NCBI GenBank assembly: GCA_965116605.1
Contig: OZ220697.1
Coordinates: 1,439,013 to 1,503,012 of the forward strand
Reading direction: 5' to 3'
DNA: 64,000 nucleotides
Origin: Dehalococcoidia bacterium
GTDB taxonomy: Bacteria > Chloroflexota > Dehalococcoidia > Lucifugimonadales > UBA2962
The position numbers and the translations under genes are program-made. Positions 19,561 to 30,333 of the stretch are shown here, piece by piece (position 1 is the first letter of the stretch; every line of letters begins with the position of its first letter). The notes under the pieces are model-generated. The model worked only from the letters and a program-made list of their open reading frames with translations, ran no database searches and was not told the origin of the DNA.

Positions 19561-20333
19561 ATGCCGACCCGCGAGATGGACGGAAGAGTCGCTCTGGTCA
19601 CCGGCGCCAGCACCGGAGTGGGCGAGTCGACCGCACGCTCCTTCGCCCGCCGGGGCGCCGCCGTCGTCACCATAGCCCGTCGCCAGACCGAGGGCGAGGG
19701 GGTCGCCCGCGGCATCCGCGAAGATGGAGGTCGGGCCCTATTCGTCCAGGGAGACGTTTCAGTCCCGGGGGATGTCGCCGCCGCCGTTTCGCAGGGGGTC
19801 GAAAAGTTCGGAAGACTGGACTACGCGGTCAATAACGCCGGCATCACGGGGGAGACGGCCGTCACCGCGGAGGCCACCCTGGAGAATTTCGACGCGGTGA
19901 TGGCGACCAACCTGCGGGGCGTCTTCCTCTCGATGAAGGCCGAGATACCGGCGATGCTGGAGGCCGGAGGAGGAGCGATAGCAAACGTTTCTTCCGGGGT
20001 CGGGGTCTACGCGGTGCCGACCATGCCCGCGTACGTCGCCAGCCGGCATGCCGTCGTCGGCCTGACAAAGGCCGCCGCCCTCGAGTACGCCCCTTCGGGC
20101 ATCCGGATCAACTGCATTTGCCCGGGAAGCATCGCGACGCCGATGCACTACAAGCTGTGGGACGACGGGCGCGGCCCCGAGGAGACAGACCAGTACATCG
20201 GCGACCTGCACCCGGCGGGCCGGGTGGCGAGCCCGGAGGAGATCGCCGACACGTGCGTGTGGCTCTGCTCGGAGGAGGCCTCCTACGTTACCGGCCCGCC
20301 CCTGGTAACGACGGGGGCTGGGCATCCCGCTAG
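19561..20333 (+). CDS. SDR oxidoreductase with a 1-bp deletion near 20308
   Basis: TGASTGVG, NNAG and Y..SRH (R at the YxxxK lysine). The canonical end DGGWASR* lies in another frame (stop 20333); the ORF-track end overlaps the next gene. Confidence 0.85.
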
Positions 20334-20383
20334 CTACCGCCGTCCCGCGCCATCCGGACCTTTCGATCTCCCCGAACTGCTAG

Positions 20384-22630
20384 CTAGTCACCCCCAGCCG
20401 CCACGATGGCCTGCGGGGTCATGGGAAGCTCCCTCAGGCGCGTCCCCGTGGCGTTCTTGATCGCGTTTGCGACCGCGGCGAGCGGGGCCGAGATGCTCGC
20501 CTCCCCGACACCCTTGACCCCGTAGGGATGGTTGGGGTTGGGCACCTCGACAAGGACCGTCTCGATCATCGGCAGGTCGAGCGAGGTCGGCATGCGGTAG
20601 TCAAGCAGGGAGCTGTTCTGCATCGCCCCGTCGTCATCGAGCCAGTATTCTTCATTGAGCGCCCATCCAATGCCCTGTGCGATGCCTCCCTGGATCTGCC
20701 CCTCGACGTAGGAGGGGTGGATCGCCGTGCCGACGTCCTGGAAGGCCGTAGCGCGCAGGATGTCGGTCTTGCCAGTCTCCTGATCGACCCTGACGTCCAC
20801 GATCAGCGCCGAGTACGATCCTGCCGATCCGCCGGGGTTGAGGTTGGCCCGGCCGACGATCGGTCCGCCGGTGTCGTTGGCCGCGGACGCGATCTCCTTG
20901 AAGGTCATCCTTAGCTCGGTGTCCGAAACGTGTCGGACCTCGCCGCCGGCGTACTCGACCTCGCCCGCGTCAACGCCCCAGATATCTGCGGCCCTCTTGA
21001 TCAACTGGCGCCGTATATCGTGCGCCGCCTCGTAAGCCGCCCATCCGGACTTGTAGGCGACGCCGCTGCCGCCGGTATTTGACGTGTATCCGATCGTCTC
21101 GGTGTCGCCGACGGTCGGCAGGACATCCTCGACCGGCAGTGAAAGCACCTCGGCGAACATCTGCGCCACGGCCGTCCTGCTGCCGCCGATGTCCATCGAT
21201 CCCTCGATCAGCGACACGCGCCCGTCCGCGAGCACGTTGCCGACCGCGCAGGCCGGCCCCGAGTTGTTGCGGCAAAAGCCCAGGCTGACGCCACGCCCCA
21301 CACCATCACCCTCTATTGGGGCCACGTAGTGGGGATGAGACCTGACCGCCTCCATGGTCTCCAGCGCCCCGATGCGCCCGTTCATCACGCCGTCCGCCCG
21401 CCGGTCTCCCTCCGTCGCCGCGTTCAGGACACGAAGGTCCATCGGATCGATGCCAAGATCCTTTGCCAGCTCATCGATCACCGACTCGACCGCAAACGCG
21501 ACGATCGGGGCGCCGGGTGCGCGGTAAGGGGCGACCTTGGGCTTGTTGTCGACCACGTCATAGGCGTCGATGCGAACGTTATCGATCCTGTATGGAGCGA
21601 ATACCGCCGCCGCCGCCGCCGTGATCGGAGAGGGCGGGAACGCCCCGGTCTCAAATGCCACAACCGCCTCACCCGCAGTGAAGCGGCCTTCCCTGGTGGC
21701 GCCGATCCTGATGCGTACGTGGCTGCCGGAGGTGGGCCCGGTGGCCTCGAGCACCTCGGTGCGGGACATGGTCAGCTTCACCGGTTGGCCGGTTTTCTTG
21801 GAGAGCACGGCGGCCAGCGGCTCAAGGTAAATGGGCAGCTTGCCTCCGAAACCGCCCCCGATCTCCATCGGTATTACCTTCACGTCCGAGACCGGCAGGC
21901 CGAGGATCGACGCGACCTGGTCGCGGATCCCGAAGTGGCCCTGGCTCGAGCACCAGATCGTGAGCTTGCCGTCCGGGGACCAGCTGGCGGTGCCGTTCTG
22001 GGGCTCAATGTAACCCTGGTGGACGGAGTGGGTCCTGAACTCGCGTTCGATAGTCACCTCGGCGGACCCGAATCCGGCCGAAAGGTCTCCAAGGGCGTAC
22101 AGCTCCCGGCCCACGACGTTGGGCGGAAAACCCTCGACCGGACCCAGGCTGTAGGGCTCCATGTCCTCGTGCAGCACCGGGGCGTCGGGCTTCATCGCCG
22201 ATTCGACATCCAGCACGGCGGGAAGCGGCTCGTACTCGACATCTACCAGGTCGAGCGCCTCCTGGGCGGCATGCAGGCTGGTCGCAGCCAGCGCCGCGAT
22301 CGCATGGCCCTTGTAGAGCGCCTTGCCCCGCGCCATGACATTGGACGAGTGGTTGTGTCCGGGCACTATGCCGGTGCCGACCGTGGGACCCGGCACAAGG
22401 TCCGCGGAGGTCATCACGGCCCTGACGGCCGGGTGCGCCTCCGCCCTCTTCGTGTCGATCGAGAGAATGCGGGCGTGGGCATGGGGGCTGCGCAGCACCG
22501 CCCCGAAGAGCATGCCGGGCAGGCTCACGTCGGCGCCGAAGCGGGCCTTTCCGGTCACCTTGTCGGCGCCGTCGTGTCTGACCGGGCGGGTGCCCACAAC
22601 CTTGTAATCTGGCTTGGTCTCGGTGGTCAT
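20384..22630 (-). CDS. Xanthine dehydrogenase/aldehyde oxidase family molybdopterin-binding large subunit
   Basis: KVTGKARF, RSPHAHARI, IGGGFGGK, YRAPG, EGQIQGG and GVKGVGE motifs. Confidence 0.93.
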   Translation of the reverse strand: MTTETKPDYKVVGTRPVRHDGADKVTGKARFGADVSLPGMLFGAVLRSPHAHARILSIDTKRAEAHPAVRAVMTSADLVPGPTVGTGIVPGHNHSSNVMARGKALYKGHAIAALAATSLHAAQEALDLVDVEYEPLPAVLDVESAMKPDAPVLHEDMEPYSLGPVEGFPPNVVGRELYALGDLSAGFGSAEVTIEREFRTHSVHQGYIEPQNGTASWSPDGKLTIWCSSQGHFGIRDQVASILGLPVSDVKVIPMEIGGGFGGKLPIYLEPLAAVLSKKTGQPVKLTMSRTEVLEATGPTSGSHVRIRIGATREGRFTAGEAVVAFETGAFPPSPITAAAAAVFAPYRIDNVRIDAYDVVDNKPKVAPYRAPGAPIVAFAVESVIDELAKDLGIDPMDLRVLNAATEGDRRADGVMNGRIGALETMEAVRSHPHYVAPIEGDGVGRGVSLGFCRNNSGPACAVGNVLADGRVSLIEGSMDIGGSRTAVAQMFAEVLSLPVEDVLPTVGDTETIGYTSNTGGSGVAYKSGWAAYEAAHDIRRQLIKRAADIWGVDAGEVEYAGGEVRHVSDTELRMTFKEIASAANDTGGPIVGRANLNPGGSAGSYSALIVDVRVDQETGKTDILRATAFQDVGTAIHPSYVEGQIQGGIAQGIGWALNEEYWLDDDGAMQNSSLLDYRMPTSLDLPMIETVLVEVPNPNHPYGVKGVGEASISAPLAAVANAIKNATGTRLRELPMTPQAIVAAGGD

Positions 22631-22643
22631 GCTTCCTCTTTCG

Positions 22644-23564
22644 CTAGTCTATGCTGCGCCAGTCGGCGCCAACCTCATCGTATCGGCGGTGAAGCTCTTT
22701 AACCAGTTCCGGGGCAAGCGCGGGCCGTCCGCCGACGAGTTCGATGTTGGATTGCATGTGGGCGGGATTGCGGGTGCCCACGATGGCCGTGTGCACCTCG
22801 GGGTGGGCCAGAACGAATCCCAGGGCCGTCTCGATGTGGTTCTCGGGCTCGGCGTCGACCGGGCCCAGGGCCCTCATCTTCTCGGCCCTCTGGCGCAGCC
22901 TGCGCGCAACGGTGTTCTCGTAGTGGTCCTCGGGACGGAAGGCCCTGCCCCACATGGCGTTTCCCACCGGACGCTTTGCGATTATCCCCATGTTCGCGGC
23001 CGACGCCATCTCGAAGATGCCGTACCTGGCCCTCTGGTCCATTATGTGAAAGGCAGTCTGCAGCGTATCGAAAAGGCCGCTCTCTATCGCCCAGATCGCC
23101 TCCTCGTTCTCCTGGCTGTATCCGATGAACCTGGTCTTACCCTGGCGCTTTATGTCCAGCACCGCCTCGATCACGTCGTCAGGCGGCTCTCCGAAAACGT
23201 CGTAGGCGTGAACCTGCAGCAGGTCGACGTAGTCCGTCCTTAGCCGCCTGAGGCTGCGCTCGATATTCCTTCGGACGGTATCTCCGGTAAACCGCGGCCA
23301 ATCCGTGCCGTAGGAGGGATGCCCCGCCTTGGTCGCCAGTATGAACTCGCTGCGCCTGTGGGAGACCGTCTGCCCTATAAGGTCCTCGCTGATGCCATAG
23401 CACTCGGCGGTATCCAGGAAGTTGATTCCGCCATCAAGTGCGGTGTTTAGCACGCGGCCCGCTAGCTCGGTCTCGCCCTCGCTGAGCTGGACCCCGATCT
23501 CGACGAGCCCTACGCCCAGACGACTTACCCTGAGCCCGGTCTTGCCGAGCGTGACCATCTCCAT
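22644..23564 (-). CDS. Aldo/keto reductase
   Basis: LGKTGLRVS, FLDTAECY, SLRRLRTDYVD and GKTRFIGYS motifs; ATG 23564 with a GGAG RBS. Confidence 0.9.
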   Translation of the reverse strand: MEMVTLGKTGLRVSRLGVGLVEIGVQLSEGETELAGRVLNTALDGGINFLDTAECYGISEDLIGQTVSHRRSEFILATKAGHPSYGTDWPRFTGDTVRRNIERSLRRLRTDYVDLLQVHAYDVFGEPPDDVIEAVLDIKRQGKTRFIGYSQENEEAIWAIESGLFDTLQTAFHIMDQRARYGIFEMASAANMGIIAKRPVGNAMWGRAFRPEDHYENTVARRLRQRAEKMRALGPVDAEPENHIETALGFVLAHPEVHTAIVGTRNPAHMQSNIELVGGRPALAPELVKELHRRYDEVGADWRSID

Positions 23565-23693
23565 ACATATCTCCCGGCGCCGCCCTTGGCCGGCACACGC
23601 CACGGGCGATTTTATATAAGGGCCGCAGCGCCCGGCAAAGTGTCGGCCGCCCGTCGATGGTAGACCTGCGCACGGCCCGATAAGATGCCGGTC

Positions 23694-25034
23694 ATGCGCC
23701 CTGTGTCCCTGAGATTCCTCGCCGTGGCCGCAGTGCTGGTCCTGGGCTGCGGCGCGGCGTGCGCCGACCCGTCGGGATCATCGGAGAGCTCGCTCGGGAC
23801 CGGCGAGCACCTTGGGGGAATCGCCTGGTCGGACGAATTGGCCGATGGGAGCGGGATGACGGCCCTGGCCGTCGGTCCGGACGGATCGGTGTACGCGGCG
23901 GGATGGACCACCCTCCCCCTGTCGGAAGGCGCCGGCCAGGGCGGCAGGGATGCCTTCGTTCGGAAATACTCGGCGGCCGGCCAGGTCATCTGGACGCGCC
24001 AGTTCGGGGCGCCCGGGGACGACAACGCAGAGGACCTTGCCGTCGACCGCCGTGGCAACGTATACGTTGCCGCGCGAGTTGATGGACCCGTCGGCGCGAA
24101 CCCGAGCGGCGGCGGAAGGGACGGGTTTGTCGTCGCCTACGATCCCGAAGGTGTCGAGCTGTGGTCGCTGCAGATAGGCACCGACCAGGTCGACTGGGCC
24201 GACGCCGTGGCCGTGGCCGAGGGAGGACAGGTCTTTGTATCGGGGTCCACCTCGGGCGTCTTCCCCGGCCAGCGCAACCGGGGCAGCTCGGACAATTTCC
24301 TGGCCCGCATCGACCCGGGCGGGGACCTCTCCGCCGTGCTGCAGTTCGGCTCCGAGGAGGGCATGGGAGCAACGGCTCTCTCGGTTTCCGACGGGCGCGT
24401 CTACATGGCCGGCTCTACCCTGGGACCGCTGTCCGCCGATCCCGTCGGCGATGAGCACGCCGGCTCTTCAGATCTGTACCTGAAGATATTCGACCTTTCG
24501 GGAAGCGAGCTGTGGACGTGGACCTTCGGGTCAAACCATGCCGACAGCACGCTGGACCTCACCGTGGACGCGGGCGGCGCCATCGTCCTCGTGGGCACCA
24601 CCCGGGCGGTGCTTCCCAACCCGGTCATCGGGATCGGAAGCCGCGTCGGCGGCTTTCTCGACGCGTTCGCGATCGGTCTTAGCGCAGATGGGCAGATAGC
24701 GTGGGTGAGGCAGTTCGGGACAGATGACTGGGACGTGGCATCGACCGTCTCGCCGGGCGGGGACGGCAAGCTCTACGTGGCCGGGCGAACCAAGGGCTCG
24801 TTTCCCGGGCAGGCCGCCCGGGGCGGATACGACGTGTTTGTTAGCGCCATGGATTCCCAGGGGCGAACCCGGTGGAGCAGGCAGATGGGCTCGGCGGTCG
24901 ACGACGTCGCCTACTCCGTTGCCGTGGGGCCCGAAGGCGGTCTGTTCCTGGGCGGCTCGGGAGGCCTGGTTGGCGGCGGAACCACGGAGGTCGAGCGAGG
25001 CTGGATCATCCACATGACCGCCCCCTCCGAGTAG
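23694..25034 (+). CDS. Secreted/lipoprotein beta-propeller (SBBP-like repeats)
   Basis: Signal peptide with a VLGC lipobox-like site; repeated 'WxRQFGxxxxD...LAVD..GNVYVAG..DAFV' blades. Confidence 0.8.
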   Translation: MRPVSLRFLAVAAVLVLGCGAACADPSGSSESSLGTGEHLGGIAWSDELADGSGMTALAVGPDGSVYAAGWTTLPLSEGAGQGGRDAFVRKYSAAGQVIWTRQFGAPGDDNAEDLAVDRRGNVYVAARVDGPVGANPSGGGRDGFVVAYDPEGVELWSLQIGTDQVDWADAVAVAEGGQVFVSGSTSGVFPGQRNRGSSDNFLARIDPGGDLSAVLQFGSEEGMGATALSVSDGRVYMAGSTLGPLSADPVGDEHAGSSDLYLKIFDLSGSELWTWTFGSNHADSTLDLTVDAGGAIVLVGTTRAVLPNPVIGIGSRVGGFLDAFAIGLSADGQIAWVRQFGTDDWDVASTVSPGGDGKLYVAGRTKGSFPGQAARGGYDVFVSAMDSQGRTRWSRQMGSAVDDVAYSVAVGPEGGLFLGGSGGLVGGGTTEVERGWIIHMTAPSE

Positions 25035-25149
25035 AGGCCGGCCCGGGGAGCGCTCCGCAAACACCGGAAAATGCGCCGTAAGTTCGCTTGTAGGCCTATT
25101 CGCCTCGTGCGCAATATGTTCTCGTGACTGAGGTCGCATCGACACGACC

Positions 25150-26277
25150 ATGAGCGGCAGCTTCACTTTCGCCCGATTCTTCGACCAGCTAATCGCCTGG
25201 GAGTCTCTGTTTGCCCTGGCGGTGCTGGCGGCCTTCGCCGTCGGCGCGTTCGTCCTTCGCATCTTCCTGAACGTGGCAGCCGGCCGCCTGGAGAGCCGGG
25301 GACCTGACAGCATAGTTCCGGACATGCTGAAGGCCGCCCGCCTTCCGGCGATCCTGTTCGTCCTGATCCTGGGCCTCTACCTTGCCATAATCTCGCTACC
25401 GATCGAGGGCTCCGGGTGGCGTAACGTCGCTACGCAGGCGTGGAAGATCGGCATAGTGCTGGTGATGGTGCAGGCAGGCGCCAGCGCCGTCGACTTCTTC
25501 GTCAAGTGGTACATCAGGGTGGTTGCCCCGAAGACGGAGACGGCGCTGGACGACGTGCTGCTGCCCCAGGTCCGCCGCTTCCTGCTGGTGGTCGTCTACG
25601 GCGTCGGCGGGCTCATCGTACTTGACACCCTGGGCATCACGATCAGCCCCCTGCTCGGCGGCCTTGGGATCACTGGCCTCGCCGTTGCCCTGGCGCTTCA
25701 GCCGACGCTGGGAAACTTCTTCGCCGGCACGTACGTCCTGTCAGATGGGGCGCTTAACGTCGGCGACTTCATAGAGCTGTCGGGCGGGCCCTCAGGGTAT
25801 GTCGTCGAGGTCGGCTGGCGTAGCACCAAGATACAGACGGTCTACAACAACCTTGTAGTCATCCCGAACTCGGTTCTGGCCGACACCATAGTTACCAACT
25901 ACCAGGCGCCGAGCAACGCCATAAGCGTGCTGGTGCACTGCGGTGTGAGCTATGACAGCGACCTAGAGCAGGTCCATGACATCGCCCTTGAGTGCTCCCG
26001 AAAGGCCGTCCGGGAAAGTCCGTCCGCCACGGACTTCGACCCTGTCGTGAACTTCAACAACTTCGGCGATTCCAACATCGACTTCTACGTGTTCGCCCAG
26101 GCTAACGACCGCATCGCGGGCTTTGCTCTCAAGAGCGACATCATCAAGGAGATGCACGCGCGCTTTACCGAGGAGGGCATCGAGATCAACTATCCGGTGC
26201 GCAAGCTGGTCTACGAGGGTGGCCAGAAGCTCCCGGTCGAGATCACCGGCGTCCGGGGCCCCGGCGAAGGCGCCTAG
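25150..26277 (+). CDS. Small-conductance mechanosensitive channel (MscS family)
   Basis: GLGITGLAVALALQPTLGNFFAG, VGDFIE, GWRSTKI, IPNS and GIEINYP motifs. Confidence 0.92.
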   Translation: MSGSFTFARFFDQLIAWESLFALAVLAAFAVGAFVLRIFLNVAAGRLESRGPDSIVPDMLKAARLPAILFVLILGLYLAIISLPIEGSGWRNVATQAWKIGIVLVMVQAGASAVDFFVKWYIRVVAPKTETALDDVLLPQVRRFLLVVVYGVGGLIVLDTLGITISPLLGGLGITGLAVALALQPTLGNFFAGTYVLSDGALNVGDFIELSGGPSGYVVEVGWRSTKIQTVYNNLVVIPNSVLADTIVTNYQAPSNAISVLVHCGVSYDSDLEQVHDIALECSRKAVRESPSATDFDPVVNFNNFGDSNIDFYVFAQANDRIAGFALKSDIIKEMHARFTEEGIEINYPVRKLVYEGGQKLPVEITGVRGPGEGA

Positions 26278-26329
26278 CTCCCCCGCCTCGATTCCACTCA
26301 CCGGCCGCCACCAGCCGGAGAGCAATCCC

Positions 26330-27142
26330 CTACTTGGCCGTCTGGCCTCCGTCCAGGTAGACGATCTGCCCTGTCATGTAGTCGGAGGCGGGACTGGCAA
26401 GGTAGACGGCAAGGAGGCCGAGGTCCCGCAGGTTGCCGGGCACGCCCATCGGTATTCGGGCCATCATGCGAGCTCTCTCGTTCGGGTCGTCCCCGCCGAG
26501 ATCATTCATGCTGGTCCCGAACTCTCCCGGACCTATTGCGTTAACGCGGATGCCATAGGGAGCCCACTCCAGGGCCAGCACGCGGGTCAGCATATTGAGC
26601 GCCGCCTTTGAGGAGTTGTATGCCACCTCGTACTCGAATGCCTGATGGGCGTTGTTCGAAGAGATGTTGATGATCTTGCCGTAGCCGCGCTCAAGCATGC
26701 CCGGCGCAACGGCCCGGCACCCGTACATTGCGGCGCTCGTGTTCGTCGCAAAGACGACGTCCCATTCCTCATCGGTGAATGGGAGATCAGCGATGCGGCT
26801 CACCCGGGGCGGTCCCAGCTCCCTTCCCGGCAGCGGCACCAGAGGAACGCCAATGTGAGCGCCAGCGTTGTTTACGAGGATATCGACCGGACCGAGGCGG
26901 TCCGAGGTTACCTCCACCGCACTGTCCACATCGGAGGACCTTGCCACGTCCGTCGGTATGGCCACCGCCCGCCGACCCAGTTCCCGGATCTCCCCGGCCA
27001 CGTCCTCGATCTCCGAAGCGGTGCGGGCGACCACGGCCAGATCGGCACCGGCCTGCGCCAGGGTCAGGGCGATAGTGCGACCTATGCCCCGGCCTCCGCC
27101 GGTGACCAGCGCCACCCGGCCATCAAGTCTCAACTCATCCAT
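26330..27142 (-). CDS. SDR oxidoreductase
   Basis: TGGGRGIG, NNAG, YNSSK, IRVNAIGPG and YLDGG motifs. Confidence 0.92.
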   Translation of the reverse strand: MDELRLDGRVALVTGGGRGIGRTIALTLAQAGADLAVVARTASEIEDVAGEIRELGRRAVAIPTDVARSSDVDSAVEVTSDRLGPVDILVNNAGAHIGVPLVPLPGRELGPPRVSRIADLPFTDEEWDVVFATNTSAAMYGCRAVAPGMLERGYGKIINISSNNAHQAFEYEVAYNSSKAALNMLTRVLALEWAPYGIRVNAIGPGEFGTSMNDLGGDDPNERARMMARIPMGVPGNLRDLGLLAVYLASPASDYMTGQIVYLDGGQTAK

Positions 27143-27213
27143 CAACGGCCCACCGGTCCCCGGCGCGGGCGCCGAAGCTGCTTACTGATCCCGTCCGATC
27201 CCGTCCGGGGTAC

Positions 27214-28488
27214 CTAGCCACCGAGGGCGGCGTCCACCTTGTTCAGGGCCCGGGCCATGGCCCGGGCATGACCCTCGTCCATGTTCATGTGAAAGTTGAA
27301 AAGCAGCGTGCGGCCGAGCAGGTCAAGCGTCTGAGGGCACATGTCCCGCTCGTATTCGACTTCGCCCAGGTATGCCGGGTCCTTCCACGGATAGCCGGAG
27401 GGATGATGCGAGCGCTTGTTCATGACCGATTCCCAGGCCGTGTAGATGTGCCGGTCCGGTATCCCGTCGTTGAATATGGCTCCGGCATCCACGCCTTCTG
27501 CCTTGAGGGCATGGACGTAGCCCCTTGCCAGGGCCCCGTCGGAGACGATGACGCCCGCTGAGACCCCGGTATCTCCCTCCGGGTCGTCCACGTGCTGGAG
27601 CCGGTACGCGCGGGGCTCGTCGAGCTCACTTAGAAAGGCGCGTTTTAGCTGCCTCTGGTGGGAGAGGATATCCTCTATCTTGGCCAGTTGGACGCGGGAT
27701 ACCGCGGCGATCAGCTCGCTGGGCCGAAAGCCCGCGCCCGGAAAGCTCTCGGCATCCCAGTCGATCGAGCGGGTGTCCTGTCCCTGCCAGAGCGGCAGGC
27801 CCGGATCGGACGCGTAGCCGGCGCGCTCGAACAGTTCGGTGTCGTCGGTGAACACCACACCGCCCTCACCGGCGCTGATCGTCTTGTAGAAGTTGAGGCT
27901 CCAGGCGGCGATGTCCGAATAGGTGCCGACGCGCTTTCCCCTGTACTGTCCACCGACGCACTGGCAGCAGTCCTCAATGACCTTGAGGCCGTGCCTACCC
28001 GCGACCTCCAGAAGGTCGTCGAGCCTGTTCGGCACCCCCCTCATGTGCACCGGCACTACGGCCCTCGTGTGCGGGGTGATTCGCCGCTCAACGTCGGCGG
28101 GATCGAGACCAAGGGACTCGTCTATGTCGGCCATGACCGGAACGGCCCCGGCCCCCACCACGGCACAGGGGGTGGCCATGTAGGTGTAGGAGGGGATGAT
28201 CACCTCGTCGCCGGGTCCGATGCCGACGGCCTTCATCGCACAGATCAGGGCGCTGGTCCCCGAGTTGACGATGAGGGCGTGCCTCACCCCCAGGAACTCG
28301 GCGACCTCCTGCTCGAAAAGGTTGCTCTGGCTGTCCGGGCGGTACCGGAACAGGTTCTGCTCCTCCAGTACGGCCGCGGCCGCTGCAACCTCGTCGGCTC
28401 CAAAGACGCTGGGGCCCGACACCCCGTCCGGAATCGGGTCGGTCACTACGGGAGAGCCTCCGTCTATAGCCAGTCTTCCATGATCCAT
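27214..28488 (-). CDS. DegT/DnrJ/EryC1/StrS PLP-dependent aminotransferase
   Basis: NSGTSAL, GPGDEVI, IEDCCQ and SLNFYKTISAGEGG motifs. Confidence 0.92.
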   Translation of the reverse strand: MDHGRLAIDGGSPVVTDPIPDGVSGPSVFGADEVAAAAAVLEEQNLFRYRPDSQSNLFEQEVAEFLGVRHALIVNSGTSALICAMKAVGIGPGDEVIIPSYTYMATPCAVVGAGAVPVMADIDESLGLDPADVERRITPHTRAVVPVHMRGVPNRLDDLLEVAGRHGLKVIEDCCQCVGGQYRGKRVGTYSDIAAWSLNFYKTISAGEGGVVFTDDTELFERAGYASDPGLPLWQGQDTRSIDWDAESFPGAGFRPSELIAAVSRVQLAKIEDILSHQRQLKRAFLSELDEPRAYRLQHVDDPEGDTGVSAGVIVSDGALARGYVHALKAEGVDAGAIFNDGIPDRHIYTAWESVMNKRSHHPSGYPWKDPAYLGEVEYERDMCPQTLDLLGRTLLFNFHMNMDEGHARAMARALNKVDAALGG

Positions 28489-28641
28489 CTCTCGCCTCCC
28501 GCTACCTGTCTAAGACGCCCGGATGCAATCCCTGCCGACCCCATCCCGTCGACCGGCTCCCCGCGGGAGCCCGCGGCCTCTAGCGTGATTCCATGGGTCC
28601 CGAGCTCGCCTGCTCTACAGTCCGAGCAACGGTTCCCGGGC

Positions 28642-29127
28642 CTACTCCAGGGTTACGATCCGGTCGCCGCCCTGTACCTGATTGCCGGACTGGACGTGCA
28701 CCTCTCGAACGATGCCTGCCCACTCCGCACGAAGCGTCTGCTGCATCTTCATCGCCTCGAGCACGCAGACCTCGTCTCCGGGAACAACCTGGTCCCCCTG
28801 TTTCACCGCGACCGAGACGATGATGCCCGGCATCGGAGAGCTGAAGACCTTGGTAGGGCCCGCCGGCGGGGCGTGCACAGGCGGCGAGGGAGCTGCCCTT
28901 GCCGGGGTATCGGGCCTGGTCTCCCGTCGCTCAACCGCAGGGGCGGGCGCCTTCGCGGGGACCGTCGGTGCGGCCGCGGGCAATTCCGCGACCTCCTGGC
29001 CGGCGCTGGGAAACTCCACCTGGACTGGCTCTCCGTCGACGATCACCTCGATGGGGTCGGCGTCGATGTCGAGCACCTCCACGTCGTGCCAGCTATCCCC
29101 GATCTTGATGCGCAGCCTTGTACCCAT
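28642..29127 (-). CDS. Stand-alone biotin carboxyl carrier protein (decarboxylase-type)
   Basis: N-terminal beta-hairpins, Ala/Pro linker, SPMPG and biotinylation motif EAMKM. Confidence 0.93.
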   Translation of the reverse strand: MGTRLRIKIGDSWHDVEVLDIDADPIEVIVDGEPVQVEFPSAGQEVAELPAAAPTVPAKAPAPAVERRETRPDTPARAAPSPPVHAPPAGPTKVFSSPMPGIIVSVAVKQGDQVVPGDEVCVLEAMKMQQTLRAEWAGIVREVHVQSGNQVQGGDRIVTLE

Positions 29128-29142
29128 GTGCCGTGCGACCCG

Positions 29143-30303
29143 CTAGCCGAGCAAACTGATGAACACGCCAGCGACCACCGCCGACCCTATCACACCGGCG
29201 ACGTTCGGCCCCAGGGCGTGGTGCAGTAGGAAATTGTTCGGGTTCTCCTGCTGTCCCATGTGGTGGGAGATGCGGGCCGCCATCGGCACAGCAGACACCC
29301 CGGCCGACCCGATGAGCGGGTTGATCTTCTCCTTGAGGAACAGGTTCATCCCCTTGGCAAACAGGATGCCTCCCATGGTCCCGCAGGCGAAGGCGACCAG
29401 CCCCAGCCCCAGTATCAGCAGCGTTTCGATGGAAAAGACAAGTTCCGCCCTGAGTTGCGTACCAACGGTCAGCATCAGGAATATCGTAGCGATGTTGAGA
29501 AGCTCGTTGGAGGCGGCCTGCGTCAGCCTGGGCACCACCCCGCTCTCGCGGAACAGGTTGCCGGCCACGAACATCGCAACGAGCGGGGCCGCCCTGGGAA
29601 CGATGAGCAGGATGATGATCAGCAGGATCACCGGGAACACGAGCTTTTCGGCCTTGGACACCTCCCGGGTGGGCTTCATGACGATCTGGCGTTCCTTCTT
29701 GGTCGTCAGGAGCTTCATGAGCGGGGGCTGGATGAACGGCACGGCCGCCATGTACGTGTAGGCGATCACCGCGGTGATGCCCAGGATCTCGGGCGCCAGC
29801 TTGGCCGAAAGGAAGATGGTCGTCGGCCCGTCAGCCCCGCCGATGATACCGATCGAGGCGGCCTCCCCCAGAGTGAAGCGCCCCGGGTCCAGCTGCGTTA
29901 CGCCCAGCGCACCCCAGAATGCGATGAAGATTCCCACCTGCGCGGCGGCCCCGAGCAGGAGCGTCCTGGGGTTGGCGATCAGCGGGCTGAAGTCCGTCAG
30001 CGCGCCTATGCCGATGAAGATGATCGGTGGCAGGATGTTCCAGAACGACAGCCCGTAGTGGAATATCACGCCCAGGATGCCGGCGTCCTGGACCCCGGTA
30101 CCCTCGGTGGGGGTTATCGCGATGCCCGTAAGAGGCAGGTTGACGATCACTATCCCCAGCCCAATGGGCAGCAGCTCGTAGGGCTCCCACTCCTTGAGGA
30201 CCGCCAGGAATATCAGCACCAGCCCGATGGCCAGCATGACCAGGTTCTGCCAGCTTATGTTGTAGAACCCCGAGGACCTGAGGAAATCGAAGAACTCGGT
30301 CAA
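29143..30303 (-). CDS. oadB: Na+-translocating decarboxylase beta subunit
   Basis: EPYELLPIG, IGALTDF, LLGAAAQ, IGIIGGADGPT, IGSAGVSAVPMAAR and GPNVAGVIGSA signature motifs. Confidence 0.95.
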   Translation of the reverse strand: MTEFFDFLRSSGFYNISWQNLVMLAIGLVLIFLAVLKEWEPYELLPIGLGIVIVNLPLTGIAITPTEGTGVQDAGILGVIFHYGLSFWNILPPIIFIGIGALTDFSPLIANPRTLLLGAAAQVGIFIAFWGALGVTQLDPGRFTLGEAASIGIIGGADGPTTIFLSAKLAPEILGITAVIAYTYMAAVPFIQPPLMKLLTTKKERQIVMKPTREVSKAEKLVFPVILLIIILLIVPRAAPLVAMFVAGNLFRESGVVPRLTQAASNELLNIATIFLMLTVGTQLRAELVFSIETLLILGLGLVAFACGTMGGILFAKGMNLFLKEKINPLIGSAGVSAVPMAARISHHMGQQENPNNFLLHHALGPNVAGVIGSAVVAGVFISLLG

Positions 30304-30333
30304 CTCAACGTCTCCCCGGCCCCGCGTCCCCGA

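Noticed and set aside
20384..22630. Aerobic CO dehydrogenase (coxL)
   Set aside because: Active-site loop is PYRAPG, not form I AYxCSFR or form II AYRGAGR; no coxMS adjacent.
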